NCBI GenBank assembly: GCA_018397065.1
Contig: JAGTRI010000002.1
Coordinates: forward strand, 23,746 to 87,745
DNA from: Candidatus Bathyarchaeota archaeon
GTDB lineage: Archaea; Thermoproteota; Bathyarchaeia; Bathyarchaeales; DTEX01
Direction of reading: 5' to 3'
Length of the DNA stretch: 64,000 nt
In this document: piece by piece, positions 16,676 through 25,317 of the stretch
Numbering within the stretch: position 1 is the first letter of the stretch
Layout: each line of letters begins with the position of its first letter
The notes under the pieces: model-generated
The model's database searches: none
What the model was told of the DNA's origin: nothing
What the model saw: only the letters and a program-made list of their open reading frames with translations
Position numbers and translations under genes: made by a program

Positions 16676-18247
16676 ATGCACAGACAGTCTGAATCAGAGT
16701 CTAGGCCAGTAGGCTACGCCCTTTCAGGATGCACACATGATTACTTGAACTTTGTCGTTATGGAAGACGCTCAAGTTAAGGTTAACCACTTCTATTTCAT
16801 CGACCACCCAATGAACCCAAACACAAAAGTTTTAGTTCGAACCTTCAGCATTCAACCGTACAATCCCGAGATGATTACTGGGCGAACTGGACCTTTAGCT
16901 GGAAAAAAGGGTCGTAGAGCGGAATACGGCAAACGGCTTGAATACATTATTGCTTCTGCCGAAATTCTCGGCTATTATGACGAGAAGGGCCGTTGGAGGA
17001 TGATGGAGGTCGCTCCGTCACCCTGGGACTACATCTACGAACCTAACGAGGAGGCTCTAAAGAATTTTTTTATTCCCAAAAAAGTTGAAGCCGACGCACT
17101 TATGCTTGAAATAGGCAAAGCCAGAGGTACCAACATTCCAGTATACATTAATTTAAACTCAGTCGCGAAGGGCCATATGTTTGTTGCAGGAATGACGAGG
17201 TCTGGAAAATCGAGCTTCATCATAAACTTGGTCGCAAAGGCTTCCCGCCTTAAGCCCAGACCGCACTTTGTCATTTTCGACATGCGTGGCGAATACAATG
17301 GCCTCCGACGTTACGGTGCAAAAGTGTTACCATACGCGAGTTTCACGCCGGAAATCTCCGACCCAAAAATAATCGTTGAAAAGCTTGAGATAAAAGGCAA
17401 AGAAGCCACGGTTCTCTTAGACGCTGTAAGGGCAATGTTGTCCGAAGGTTCAAAATTGACAAGCCAAAGTCTACTTGAAAAGACAGAGGAAGTTCTCAGT
17501 CGAAAGCTGGTCTACAAAACCGAAAGCAGCCAAAGAAAAGCCTATGAAACAATTAAATGGGCGCTGGAAACCAAAGGCAAATTTATTGACAGAGAAACTA
17601 AGCCTATGAACATTATTGACGAGGTTAAAGCCAACTTTGCCCTCATTGTCGACTTCTCAGTTGACACGGACATCGAATCTCAGCAGAGAACAGCCAAACA
17701 TATACTCGACAGCGTTCGGGAATATGCAATGCAGAGAAAAGACCACGGCGACTTTGCGTGTATCATAGCAGTTGAAGAAGCTCAATATTTTGCACCTGAA
17801 AGAGGAGTTGAAATGCGGGAGTCAAGCGTCCAAAACCAAGTTAAGGCGTCGATGATTGAAACCGCAAGCCAAGCAGGAGGATACAACGTAGGCCTGATAC
17901 TCATGACACAAAGGCCTGCTTACGTTCTGAAAAGTACAATTTCTCAATGCAACTCCGTTGCGTGTTTTAGGCTTAAAAGCGGAAACGACCAAGATGCCAT
18001 CCTGCAATACACTGAATATGGGTCTGAAAGGCTTAAAGACTATTTACCAGGTCTAGCTGACCACGAAGCAATGCTTTGGGGCACCGCTGTGCCGACACCC
18101 TTCCCGATTATTGCAGAGATAGAAGTAGAAGAGTACCCGCAGAAAGCTGTTGCATTCGCAAAAAGCGCATGGGAAAAAATGGAACAGAACTCCGAATCTA
18201 AAAACAGCCAATTCTCAGGGTTGCCTCTTCACTTAAGAGAGCCGTGA
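16676..18247 (+). CDS. herA: HerA-like hexameric ATPase/helicase (DUF87)
   Basis: N-terminal HAS-barrel-like region, Walker A GMTRSGKSS, Walker B IIAVEEAQYF, LILMTQRP. Confidence 0.8.
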   Translation: MHRQSESESRPVGYALSGCTHDYLNFVVMEDAQVKVNHFYFIDHPMNPNTKVLVRTFSIQPYNPEMITGRTGPLAGKKGRRAEYGKRLEYIIASAEILGYYDEKGRWRMMEVAPSPWDYIYEPNEEALKNFFIPKKVEADALMLEIGKARGTNIPVYINLNSVAKGHMFVAGMTRSGKSSFIINLVAKASRLKPRPHFVIFDMRGEYNGLRRYGAKVLPYASFTPEISDPKIIVEKLEIKGKEATVLLDAVRAMLSEGSKLTSQSLLEKTEEVLSRKLVYKTESSQRKAYETIKWALETKGKFIDRETKPMNIIDEVKANFALIVDFSVDTDIESQQRTAKHILDSVREYAMQRKDHGDFACIIAVEEAQYFAPERGVEMRESSVQNQVKASMIETASQAGGYNVGLILMTQRPAYVLKSTISQCNSVACFRLKSGNDQDAILQYTEYGSERLKDYLPGLADHEAMLWGTAVPTPFPIIAEIEVEEYPQKAVAFAKSAWEKMEQNSESKNSQFSGLPLHLREP

Positions 18248-18275
18248 AAACCGCAGATGCACGGATGAAAGATCT

Positions 18276-18935
18276 ATGAAAGTTCTTGTGGGAACTGACT
18301 TTCATGGAAAACAATCCGTGTTCGAGGCCTTCATGGAAAAGGCTGAAGAAAACAAAGCTGACGTAATGGTCGTTTGCGGCGACATAACCCATTTTGGCAG
18401 CCTTCAAGAAGCGCGGCGTCTTTTGTCGCTGCTAACAGACACGCGGATACCGGTCCTTTTTGTGCCTGGAAACTGTGACCCACCTTCACTTGTAGGAGTG
18501 GACATAGAGGGAGTTACGTGTATCCATGGAAAAAACGTCACGTACGACGATGTGACATTTTTAGGAGTTGGAGCTAGCCCACCGACGCCTTTCAGTACAC
18601 CCTTTGAAATGACAGAAGACAAGATAATGGAAGCCCTAAACCAAGCGTCCAACAACCTTCCTTTAAGCCGATGGGTGGTTCTTATTTCACATTCTCCTCC
18701 AAATGGCACGCTTCTCGACAAAACATCCTTCGGTCATCACGTAGGCAGCTTAAGCGTTAGAAAATATATTGAAGAAAATCAGCCGTCAATGGTTTTTTGC
18801 GGTCACATCCACGAGGCTAAGGGCAAAGAGAAAATTGGCAAAACATTAGTCGTAAATCCAGGTCCAGCTAGGCATGGCGACTACGTGGTGGTTTTTCTTG
18901 ATAATGAGTTAAGGCTTGAACCTAATACGTTTTAA
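18276..18935 (+). CDS. small metallophosphoesterase (calcineurin-like, YfcE/MJ0936-type)
   Basis: GTDFHG, CGDITHFG, PGNCDP, SHSPP and CGHIHE metal-ligand motifs. Only 219 aa. Confidence 0.85.
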   Translation: MKVLVGTDFHGKQSVFEAFMEKAEENKADVMVVCGDITHFGSLQEARRLLSLLTDTRIPVLFVPGNCDPPSLVGVDIEGVTCIHGKNVTYDDVTFLGVGASPPTPFSTPFEMTEDKIMEALNQASNNLPLSRWVVLISHSPPNGTLLDKTSFGHHVGSLSVRKYIEENQPSMVFCGHIHEAKGKEKIGKTLVVNPGPARHGDYVVVFLDNELRLEPNTF

Positions 18936-18980
18936 CAGTTAATCCTTTTTAAGACACTAAATGCATGATTTTGGCCGGTC

Positions 18981-19442
18981 TTATGAGGCGCCGCTTTCGA
19001 TTTTTCGGATTCGGCTTTTAATCCATTCAGTAACCTTTTCCTCGCTCATCATTTCAGCTTCTTCTTGCTCTCTAAGTTTTTGTTCCACAGTCTTTAACAG
19101 TTTTTCCGTCTCGACCGGTTTCATCAAGTATGCGTCTGCTCCAAGATTTAGAGAGTCAACGGCATTCTCCAAGCTGGCATAGCCAGTAATCATGATTTTC
19201 ATCATTTTAGGGGTGTCCCTGTGAATCCTCGACAGAAGCTGAGTGCCTTCCATGTCGGGAAGTTTGATGTCCAATAGAGCTAGATTATAATACTTAGCTC
19301 GTGTTTTTTGTATGGCTTCGCGCCCAGTTCTGGCAGTGTCAACATTGTATCCTTTAAGTTCAAGAATGTCTTTGATGACATCAAGGATTGCCTCGTCGTC
19401 GTCTACAATTAGTATGTTCTTTTTCTTCTCCAAATTCTTCAC
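18981..19442 (-). CDS. response regulator, receiver domain only
   Basis: ILIVDDDEAIL and LLDIKLPDMEG (phospho-acceptor Asp). No output domain. Confidence 0.92.
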   Translation of the reverse strand: MKNLEKKKNILIVDDDEAILDVIKDILELKGYNVDTARTGREAIQKTRAKYYNLALLDIKLPDMEGTQLLSRIHRDTPKMMKIMITGYASLENAVDSLNLGADAYLMKPVETEKLLKTVEQKLREQEEAEMMSEEKVTEWIKSRIRKIESGAS

Positions 19443-21535
19443 CTCTTTAATGGAATTTTGATTGAGAACGTTGAACCTTTACCCACTTCTGATTTAACCA
19501 TAATCTCGCCATTTTGAAGATTTATGAGTTTTTTGCATGTTGCCAACCCGAATCCCTGCCCTTTGGCCTTAGTGGTAAACAAGGGTTGAAAGATTTTAGG
19601 CAAATTTTCTTCTGGAATGCCTACTCCTGTATCTGTTACGTTTATTATCGCATCTTTTTTATTATTAAATGCTTCTATTCTAATTTTTCCTGTATCAGGA
19701 ATTGCCTGAACGGCATTAAGAATCAAATTAGTTAGCACTCTTCTCATTAAAGTAGGGTCAACCATTAATTTTGGCAAAGATTTTGAAATTATTACTGAAA
19801 CATCTATTGTTTTTGGAATCGTTATTGATGCAAGAGTGTCTTTTATAACATCGCCGATGTCGGTTTCTATTAAGTTAACTTTTATCGGTCCAGCAAAATC
19901 TTGTAGGTCCGAAATAATCTTATTCATATATTTTATTTCTTCGTCAACTCTCTTGAGTAATTTTTCAAAGTCCTGTTTATCCCTCGAGTCGCAGTGTATG
20001 GAATCAATTTTTTCTCTTAGCAGATAAAGTGTCCCCAGTATGCTTTGCAACGGATTGCGGAGGTCGTGTCCTACCATGGCTGCTGTTTCACCAATTGCCG
20101 CCAACCGCTCAGCCTTTCTAAGTTCTGCTGTTCTCTGTTCTACGATCTCCTCTAGGTGTTTAGAGTATTGCTCAAGTTGCTCTTGCATCTGCTTAGCCTC
20201 TGTGATGTCTCTTGATATTCCAACTATGCCAACGATGTGGCCATCTGGATCCCTTATTGGAACTTTTGTCGCTGTAACCCACAAAAACTTTCCGTCTGCT
20301 CTTCTGATTCTTTCAACCTTATTCACCATGGGTATACCTGTTTTGATGATGTTCTGTTCATCAATATAGGCATCTTTTGCATGCTCAAGCGTAAAAAAGT
20401 CAAAATCTGTTTTTCCCACAGCCTCATCAGGACTTTTTACACCAAGCATCCGAGCTTGAGCCAAATTGATCCTTGTGAATCGAGAACTCATATCTTTAAA
20501 ATAAATTGTGTCGGGAATGTTGTCCATAAGGGCTTGCAAAAAGTCACGTTCATGAATCAGATTTTTTTCGATTTTTTTCGTTTCTGTAACATCTCGGAAA
20601 ATTCCTTGAAGTATTTTTTTACCAGCGACTTCTACTAAGTTTGCCTTGATTTCAACATCTCTAACTTCTCCATCTTTTGTGATAACTTTCGTTTCCAGAA
20701 CTTGCCCTTCATCTTCTTTCAAATGCCGGGGAAACGTTTTGCTGAATTCACCTTCAATTTCCTCTGGGGGATGCAGAATCCGTTGATGTTGACCAATAAT
20801 CTCTGACTTTTTTCTTCCAACCAACTTGCATGCTGCGTGGTTGCAGTCAACTATTATGCCGGTCACGGCATCAGCAAGTACGATAGCGTCCATCGCTTTC
20901 TCAAATGATGCCCTGTATTTTTCTTCAGAGCTCTTCAGTTTCTCTATGGTTTTCTTGTATTTTGACCGTTGTTCTGTGACCTCTGCTGCTGCTGAGATTT
21001 GTTGAGCAAAAATTCCAGCCACAATGGAAAACTGATCTATCGGGTCAACTGCGTCAATTACGAGGATGCCAAAGACCCTTTTATGGCGATATAATGGTGA
21101 TAAAATAACCCTTCTTTTCTGAAGGTCAAAAATTCTAATTGTTTCATTGCCGGTGGGTATGGGTGAAATTTCTCGTAGCAAATCAGCAAAATTAGCTTCT
21201 AACGTTTTTTCTTCGTTAATCACCTGACTTAAAAGTGTTGATTTGTTTATGTCAATACGTAATTTTTCAAGGCTTGCGCCAAACAAACGTTCAAAGATTT
21301 TGTTTTTCCTATAAAATTCAGACGCTGCTGCAATTTTCAGCTTTGAACCACTTTTAGCTAACAAAAAGATACTTATATTACATAATTTAGACTTTGATGA
21401 CTCTTTTTCGAGGACTTTGAATACCTTGTTCTCATCTGGCATACCCAGAATCTTTGTTGAAACATTTTCTAAGAAAACAAGGACGTTAAGCAGTTCATTG
21501 AATGCATTTACATCTGCTTTTGTTTCATTATTCAT
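19439..21535 (-). CDS. sensor histidine kinase with GAF and two PAS domains
   Basis: H-box GHDLRNPLQSI, N-box LILNAVQA, G-boxes DTGVGIP and GFGLATCKKL, and PAS-like repeats. 4-nt overlap with the response regulator gene. Confidence 0.92.
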   Translation of the reverse strand: MNNETKADVNAFNELLNVLVFLENVSTKILGMPDENKVFKVLEKESSKSKLCNISIFLLAKSGSKLKIAAASEFYRKNKIFERLFGASLEKLRIDINKSTLLSQVINEEKTLEANFADLLREISPIPTGNETIRIFDLQKRRVILSPLYRHKRVFGILVIDAVDPIDQFSIVAGIFAQQISAAAEVTEQRSKYKKTIEKLKSSEEKYRASFEKAMDAIVLADAVTGIIVDCNHAACKLVGRKKSEIIGQHQRILHPPEEIEGEFSKTFPRHLKEDEGQVLETKVITKDGEVRDVEIKANLVEVAGKKILQGIFRDVTETKKIEKNLIHERDFLQALMDNIPDTIYFKDMSSRFTRINLAQARMLGVKSPDEAVGKTDFDFFTLEHAKDAYIDEQNIIKTGIPMVNKVERIRRADGKFLWVTATKVPIRDPDGHIVGIVGISRDITEAKQMQEQLEQYSKHLEEIVEQRTAELRKAERLAAIGETAAMVGHDLRNPLQSILGTLYLLREKIDSIHCDSRDKQDFEKLLKRVDEEIKYMNKIISDLQDFAGPIKVNLIETDIGDVIKDTLASITIPKTIDVSVIISKSLPKLMVDPTLMRRVLTNLILNAVQAIPDTGKIRIEAFNNKKDAIINVTDTGVGIPEENLPKIFQPLFTTKAKGQGFGLATCKKLINLQNGEIMVKSEVGKGSTFSIKIPLKR

Positions 21536-22005
21536 GAGTATCCTCGTTCCTCAAGCAATATTTTCAGTTCAGGTTTTGACTTCAACTGTTTTATGTAATC
21601 CGAAAAAGTGTAATTTTCCTTCTCTTCGAGTTCTATTCCAAATTTCAAATATAACTGTTCAATAATTAATTTTTCGATTGGTACGCAGCCTAACCCAAGA
21701 ATATCTTTTAAGGCATCACTAAATATTTTTGCGTCTTCACCAAAGGTTATGTATGTCTCATTCTTTTTTAGAACCTTAAAAACAACAAATTCCGTGATAA
21801 ATCCTGCCGCAGTGTCTCCTAGAACTTTTTTTAAGACATCGTCTATGACTTGCATTAGGCATTCATCAAAATGTGTAAGATACTTTAATGTGATTTTATC
21901 GACTTTCTTGGATGAATCTCCGTTTTTCAATCGAATTCCAGCACTGATAAGCAGAATAAAATATGATATATTAAAATAATAAAAGGTTAAATATAGATTT
22001 TTCAT
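21532..22005 (-). CDS. hypothetical protein upstream of the kinase (true start may be M51 at 21855)
   Basis: ORF overlaps the kinase start by 4 nt. Very AT-rich, no recognisable motif. Confidence 0.4.
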   Translation of the reverse strand: MKNLYLTFYYFNISYFILLISAGIRLKNGDSSKKVDKITLKYLTHFDECLMQVIDDVLKKVLGDTAAGFITEFVVFKVLKKNETYITFGEDAKIFSDALKDILGLGCVPIEKLIIEQLYLKFGIELEEKENYTFSDYIKQLKSKPELKILLEERGYS

Positions 22006-22204
22006 TCACTTCGAAATTAACGCAACTGTACAAACTAAATTTTTAGCAAGACCAACCAAATTATTTCCGTAATCCATATATGCCAGTCTTATTTTCAGTA
22101 ACCAAAACATTGCAGATTAAAGCAACGAAGTTGAAAACTGAAGCGCAATCATAAAATTGGTATAAATGTCGATTAATGAAAACAACCTGAATGAGGAAAA
22201 AAAG

Positions 22205-22951
22205 ATGCCATTTAAGAAAGGAGATTTCATCCTAGTCGATTATACCGCCCGACTGTCCGAGACGGGAGAAGCCTTCGACACCACATCTGAAGACGTAGCG
22301 AGAAAGGAAAACATCTACAAGGATGGCGCTCTCTACGAGCCAAACCTAGTTGTAACAGGCGAAGGCTGGGTTCTAAAAGCCCTAGACGACGCCTTACTAA
22401 ATCTTGAACTGAACAAAACAGAAAAAATAGAAATTCCAGCTGAGAAAGCCTTCGGTGAAAGAGACCCTAAAAAAATCAGGCTGTATCCTTTAAGGAAACT
22501 GACCTCTCAGGGAATTACGCCTCAGGTTGGAATGAGGGTCGAGGTTGACAACCGTTTAGCCACAGTTAGAACAATAGGCTCAGGCCGAGTTCTCTTAGAC
22601 TTTAATCCGCCTCTAGCTGGAAAAACCTTGATTTACGAGGTTACAGTTCAGAAGAAACTTGAGACATCTGAAGAAAAGATAAGTGCATTAATTCATAGAA
22701 GAATTCCGTACGTTGACATAGGAAAGTTTTCATTTGAAATAGCGAACGGCACTCTCAACATAAAAGTTCCTGAAGAAGCCTTCTACCTTGAAGGATTACA
22801 GATTGCGAAAAGAGGAATAGCCCTAGATGTTCAAAAGTTTTTCCCAGAAATAAAAACCGTCACGTTCACCGAAGCCTTCAAGAAACCGGAGCAAGCCGAA
22901 GAAAAGCCTTCTTCCGAGAAACCTCAAGAGGACACTGAAAAGTCTCAGTAA
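22205..22951 (+). CDS. long-type FKBP peptidyl-prolyl cis-trans isomerase
   Basis: MPFKKGDFILVDYTARL..GEAFDTT and PLAGKTLIYEVTV. ATG at 22205 lies about 25 nt after GGTATAAAT. The ORF is open from 22166. Confidence 0.88.
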   Translation: MPFKKGDFILVDYTARLSETGEAFDTTSEDVARKENIYKDGALYEPNLVVTGEGWVLKALDDALLNLELNKTEKIEIPAEKAFGERDPKKIRLYPLRKLTSQGITPQVGMRVEVDNRLATVRTIGSGRVLLDFNPPLAGKTLIYEVTVQKKLETSEEKISALIHRRIPYVDIGKFSFEIANGTLNIKVPEEAFYLEGLQIAKRGIALDVQKFFPEIKTVTFTEAFKKPEQAEEKPSSEKPQEDTEKSQ

Positions 22952-23342
22952 CCTCAACCACTTCACATCGGTCTCCATCTTTTAAGCCAAGCGGAAAACA
23001 TAATTCGTATCTTTCGCATCCTTCGTTTTTACATTCTGGTGCATTGAAGACTACGATTGCGCCTGTTATTGCTTGCTTACTAGGCAACGAAGATGGTATC
23101 TTAGCATTCATAACCTCAACAACCTTCATCTCTGTTTCATACTGCTTGCAGAACAAAATTTTATCACGCACACCTACGATCTCATAGATACGTCCTGGCT
23201 CTATGTTATGAACGCAAACCTTCGAATACTCGCATTCTGAGCATTTCGAGCCTGCACCCTTATGAATGAAGACTGTGCCAACCTTTGCTTGACCTGAACC
23301 GATTAAAGTAACAATTCTCTTGCCTTCCAAACTGGTCCCCAT
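22878..23342 (-). CDS. UPF0179 family protein
   Basis: VTLIGSGQAKVGTVFIHKGAGSKCSECEYSKVCVHNIEPGRIYEIVGVRDK resembles archaeal UPF0179 proteins. Confidence 0.68.
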   Translation of the reverse strand: MGTSLEGKRIVTLIGSGQAKVGTVFIHKGAGSKCSECEYSKVCVHNIEPGRIYEIVGVRDKILFCKQYETEMKVVEVMNAKIPSSLPSKQAITGAIVVFNAPECKNEGCERYELCFPLGLKDGDRCEVVEVTETFQCPLEVSRKKAFLRLAPVS

Positions 23343-23374
23343 AATAAAACTTTGTTGAAGAACACAATAAACTT

Positions 23375-24439
23375 TTACTCAATTACACCCGTAGTTTTAG
23401 CCAATTCGTAGGCATCTTTTCGGGTCAAATGTCTCTCATTAAGGATAGTGTACCGTTCAGGTAGAATTGTGGAGGCTTTCAACAACGCATCAACAACACA
23501 ATCTGAGGGAACACCTATTTCTCGGGCAGTAACAGGCGCACCAATTTTTTTTAAAGTGTCTCTAACCAATTTCCATTCCATGCCATGAAGCTTAGCCATC
23601 ATGATTGCTCCTAAACCACACTGTTCACCGTGCAATGCACTGTTCGGATACAAAAAGTCTAAGGCGTGGCTGAATAGATGTTCGGAGCCGCTGCAAGGTT
23701 TACTTGTACCCGCTATGCACATGGCTACACCGCAGCTAACAAGGGCTTCAAGCAACACTCTTAATCCTTCTACAGATCCAGGCTTGATGAGGTTAACGTT
23801 CTCAACTATGTGCTGTGCGCTCATTAAAGCTAGGCTCGCTGCGTATTGTGCGTAGTACTCGTTCTTCTTTTCGTGAGCCAGTTTCCAGTCGCGGGTTGAA
23901 ACAAACTTCGATATTACGTCCCCACATCCGCTTGCGATAAAACGGTAAGGGACATTAATTATTACCGACGTGTCGGCGACAACTGCTATTGGAGATTGTG
24001 CCAAAATTGATGAAGGCCTTTCTAGCCCTTTAATCGAGGCGAACGGGCTTGCCATTCCGTCATGCGAGGCTGATGTTGGAACACTTATGAAAAGTACTCC
24101 TTTGTGTGCGGAGCTTAGTTTTGCAATGTCTATTTTTGTTCCGCCTCCCACTCCAAAAACAACTTGAGGTTTTGAGGCTTCAATGGCTTTTTCAGCTTTT
24201 TTAACATCGTCTAATGTGGGAACATCTGATGAAACAACATGACAATCGACCCTTAATCCTTCATCTTCAAGTATTTCACTGACCTTTTGCGCTGCGATTT
24301 GGTTTGTAATTCTGCCCGTAATAATCAAAGCTTTTCGGTCGAACCCCAAGTTTTTGCAAACATCGCCAATTAACTGAAGACTGCCGTTGCCAACGATTAC
24401 CTCTCGTGGAAGCTGCATACGATGAAGGTTTAGACTCAA
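23375..24439 (-). CDS. egsA: NAD(P)-dependent sn-glycerol-1-phosphate dehydrogenase
   Basis: Iron-ADH/DHQS-like fold. GVGGGTKIDIAK and SHDGMASP, with archaeal G1PDH length of 354 aa. Confidence 0.88.
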   Translation of the reverse strand: MSLNLHRMQLPREVIVGNGSLQLIGDVCKNLGFDRKALIITGRITNQIAAQKVSEILEDEGLRVDCHVVSSDVPTLDDVKKAEKAIEASKPQVVFGVGGGTKIDIAKLSSAHKGVLFISVPTSASHDGMASPFASIKGLERPSSILAQSPIAVVADTSVIINVPYRFIASGCGDVISKFVSTRDWKLAHEKKNEYYAQYAASLALMSAQHIVENVNLIKPGSVEGLRVLLEALVSCGVAMCIAGTSKPCSGSEHLFSHALDFLYPNSALHGEQCGLGAIMMAKLHGMEWKLVRDTLKKIGAPVTAREIGVPSDCVVDALLKASTILPERYTILNERHLTRKDAYELAKTTGVIE

Positions 24440-24656
24440 TAGGTGTCCTTCCGTTTAAGTATTTAAGAGATACAACCTATTTAATTTAAGTCTTCTTAAT
24501 TTAAAAGACATAACAAAAACTCTGGGGGCGAATCTAAAATCCGAACGATTTAAATTCAACCATAACATTATTATGATTACTTCAAGCGTTTACTCCTCTC
24601 TTATCAGATTGACTATCGAGAATCTTGCATTAACATGTTTTCGGAGAACCATAAAA

Positions 24657-25292
24657 ATGCATATATTGAATGATGGAATGGCATTAAAGGGAACAACGAC
24701 CGTTGGAGCCATAAGCACAGACGGCGTTGTGCTTGCTTCAGACACGCGGGTGACAGCCGGCTCTCTTGTTGTCCACAAAAGAGGAAAAAAGGTTTACAAG
24801 ATAGACAACCACTTAGCCATGACAATTTCAGGCTTAGTCGCAGATGCGCAACGGACGGTTGAAGTCCTAAAAGCAAACGCAATAATGTATCGTCTTCAAA
24901 GAAAGTCTCCTATTCCGGTTGGTGCAGCAGCGCGTCTTGTGGCGAACATGTTTTTCTCAAACCGTCTATCTCCTTTTTTAGCGCAAATAATTATAGGTGG
25001 AGTTGACAGGTCTGGGTCTCATTTGTTCATGATAGATCCGTTTGGTAGTATAACTGAGGAAAAATACGTTGCAACAGGATCTGGTTCACCAGTAGCTTAC
25101 GGCGTTCTAGAAGAAAGGTTCAGGGAAGGTTTGCCTCTAAAAGAGATTTTAGAGATCGTTGTTAAGTCAATAAATTCAGCAATGAAACGGGATGTTGCAA
25201 GTGGAGATAGCTTTGATGTCTCTATAATCGACGCGAATGGTTACCGTGAATTGAGTGATGAAGAAAAAAGAATGATTTTAAAACAAAATTGA
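24657..25292 (+). CDS. psmB: proteasome subunit beta
   Basis: Propeptide followed by the GTTTVG active-site Thr, then GSGS motif. The ORF is open from 24573, but the ATG at 24657 gives a normal propeptide. Confidence 0.93.
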   Translation: MHILNDGMALKGTTTVGAISTDGVVLASDTRVTAGSLVVHKRGKKVYKIDNHLAMTISGLVADAQRTVEVLKANAIMYRLQRKSPIPVGAAARLVANMFFSNRLSPFLAQIIIGGVDRSGSHLFMIDPFGSITEEKYVATGSGSPVAYGVLEERFREGLPLKEILEIVVKSINSAMKRDVASGDSFDVSIIDANGYRELSDEEKRMILKQN

Positions 25293-25317
25293 TGCACTGC
25301 AAAGAGGAGATGGAGAA

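Noticed and set aside
18276-18935. Metallophosphoesterase as Mre11.
   Set aside because: It is only 219 aa, has no capping or DNA-binding domain, and no adjacent Rad50. It is annotated as a generic small phosphoesterase; the possible functional link is kept as a hypothesis in the findings.
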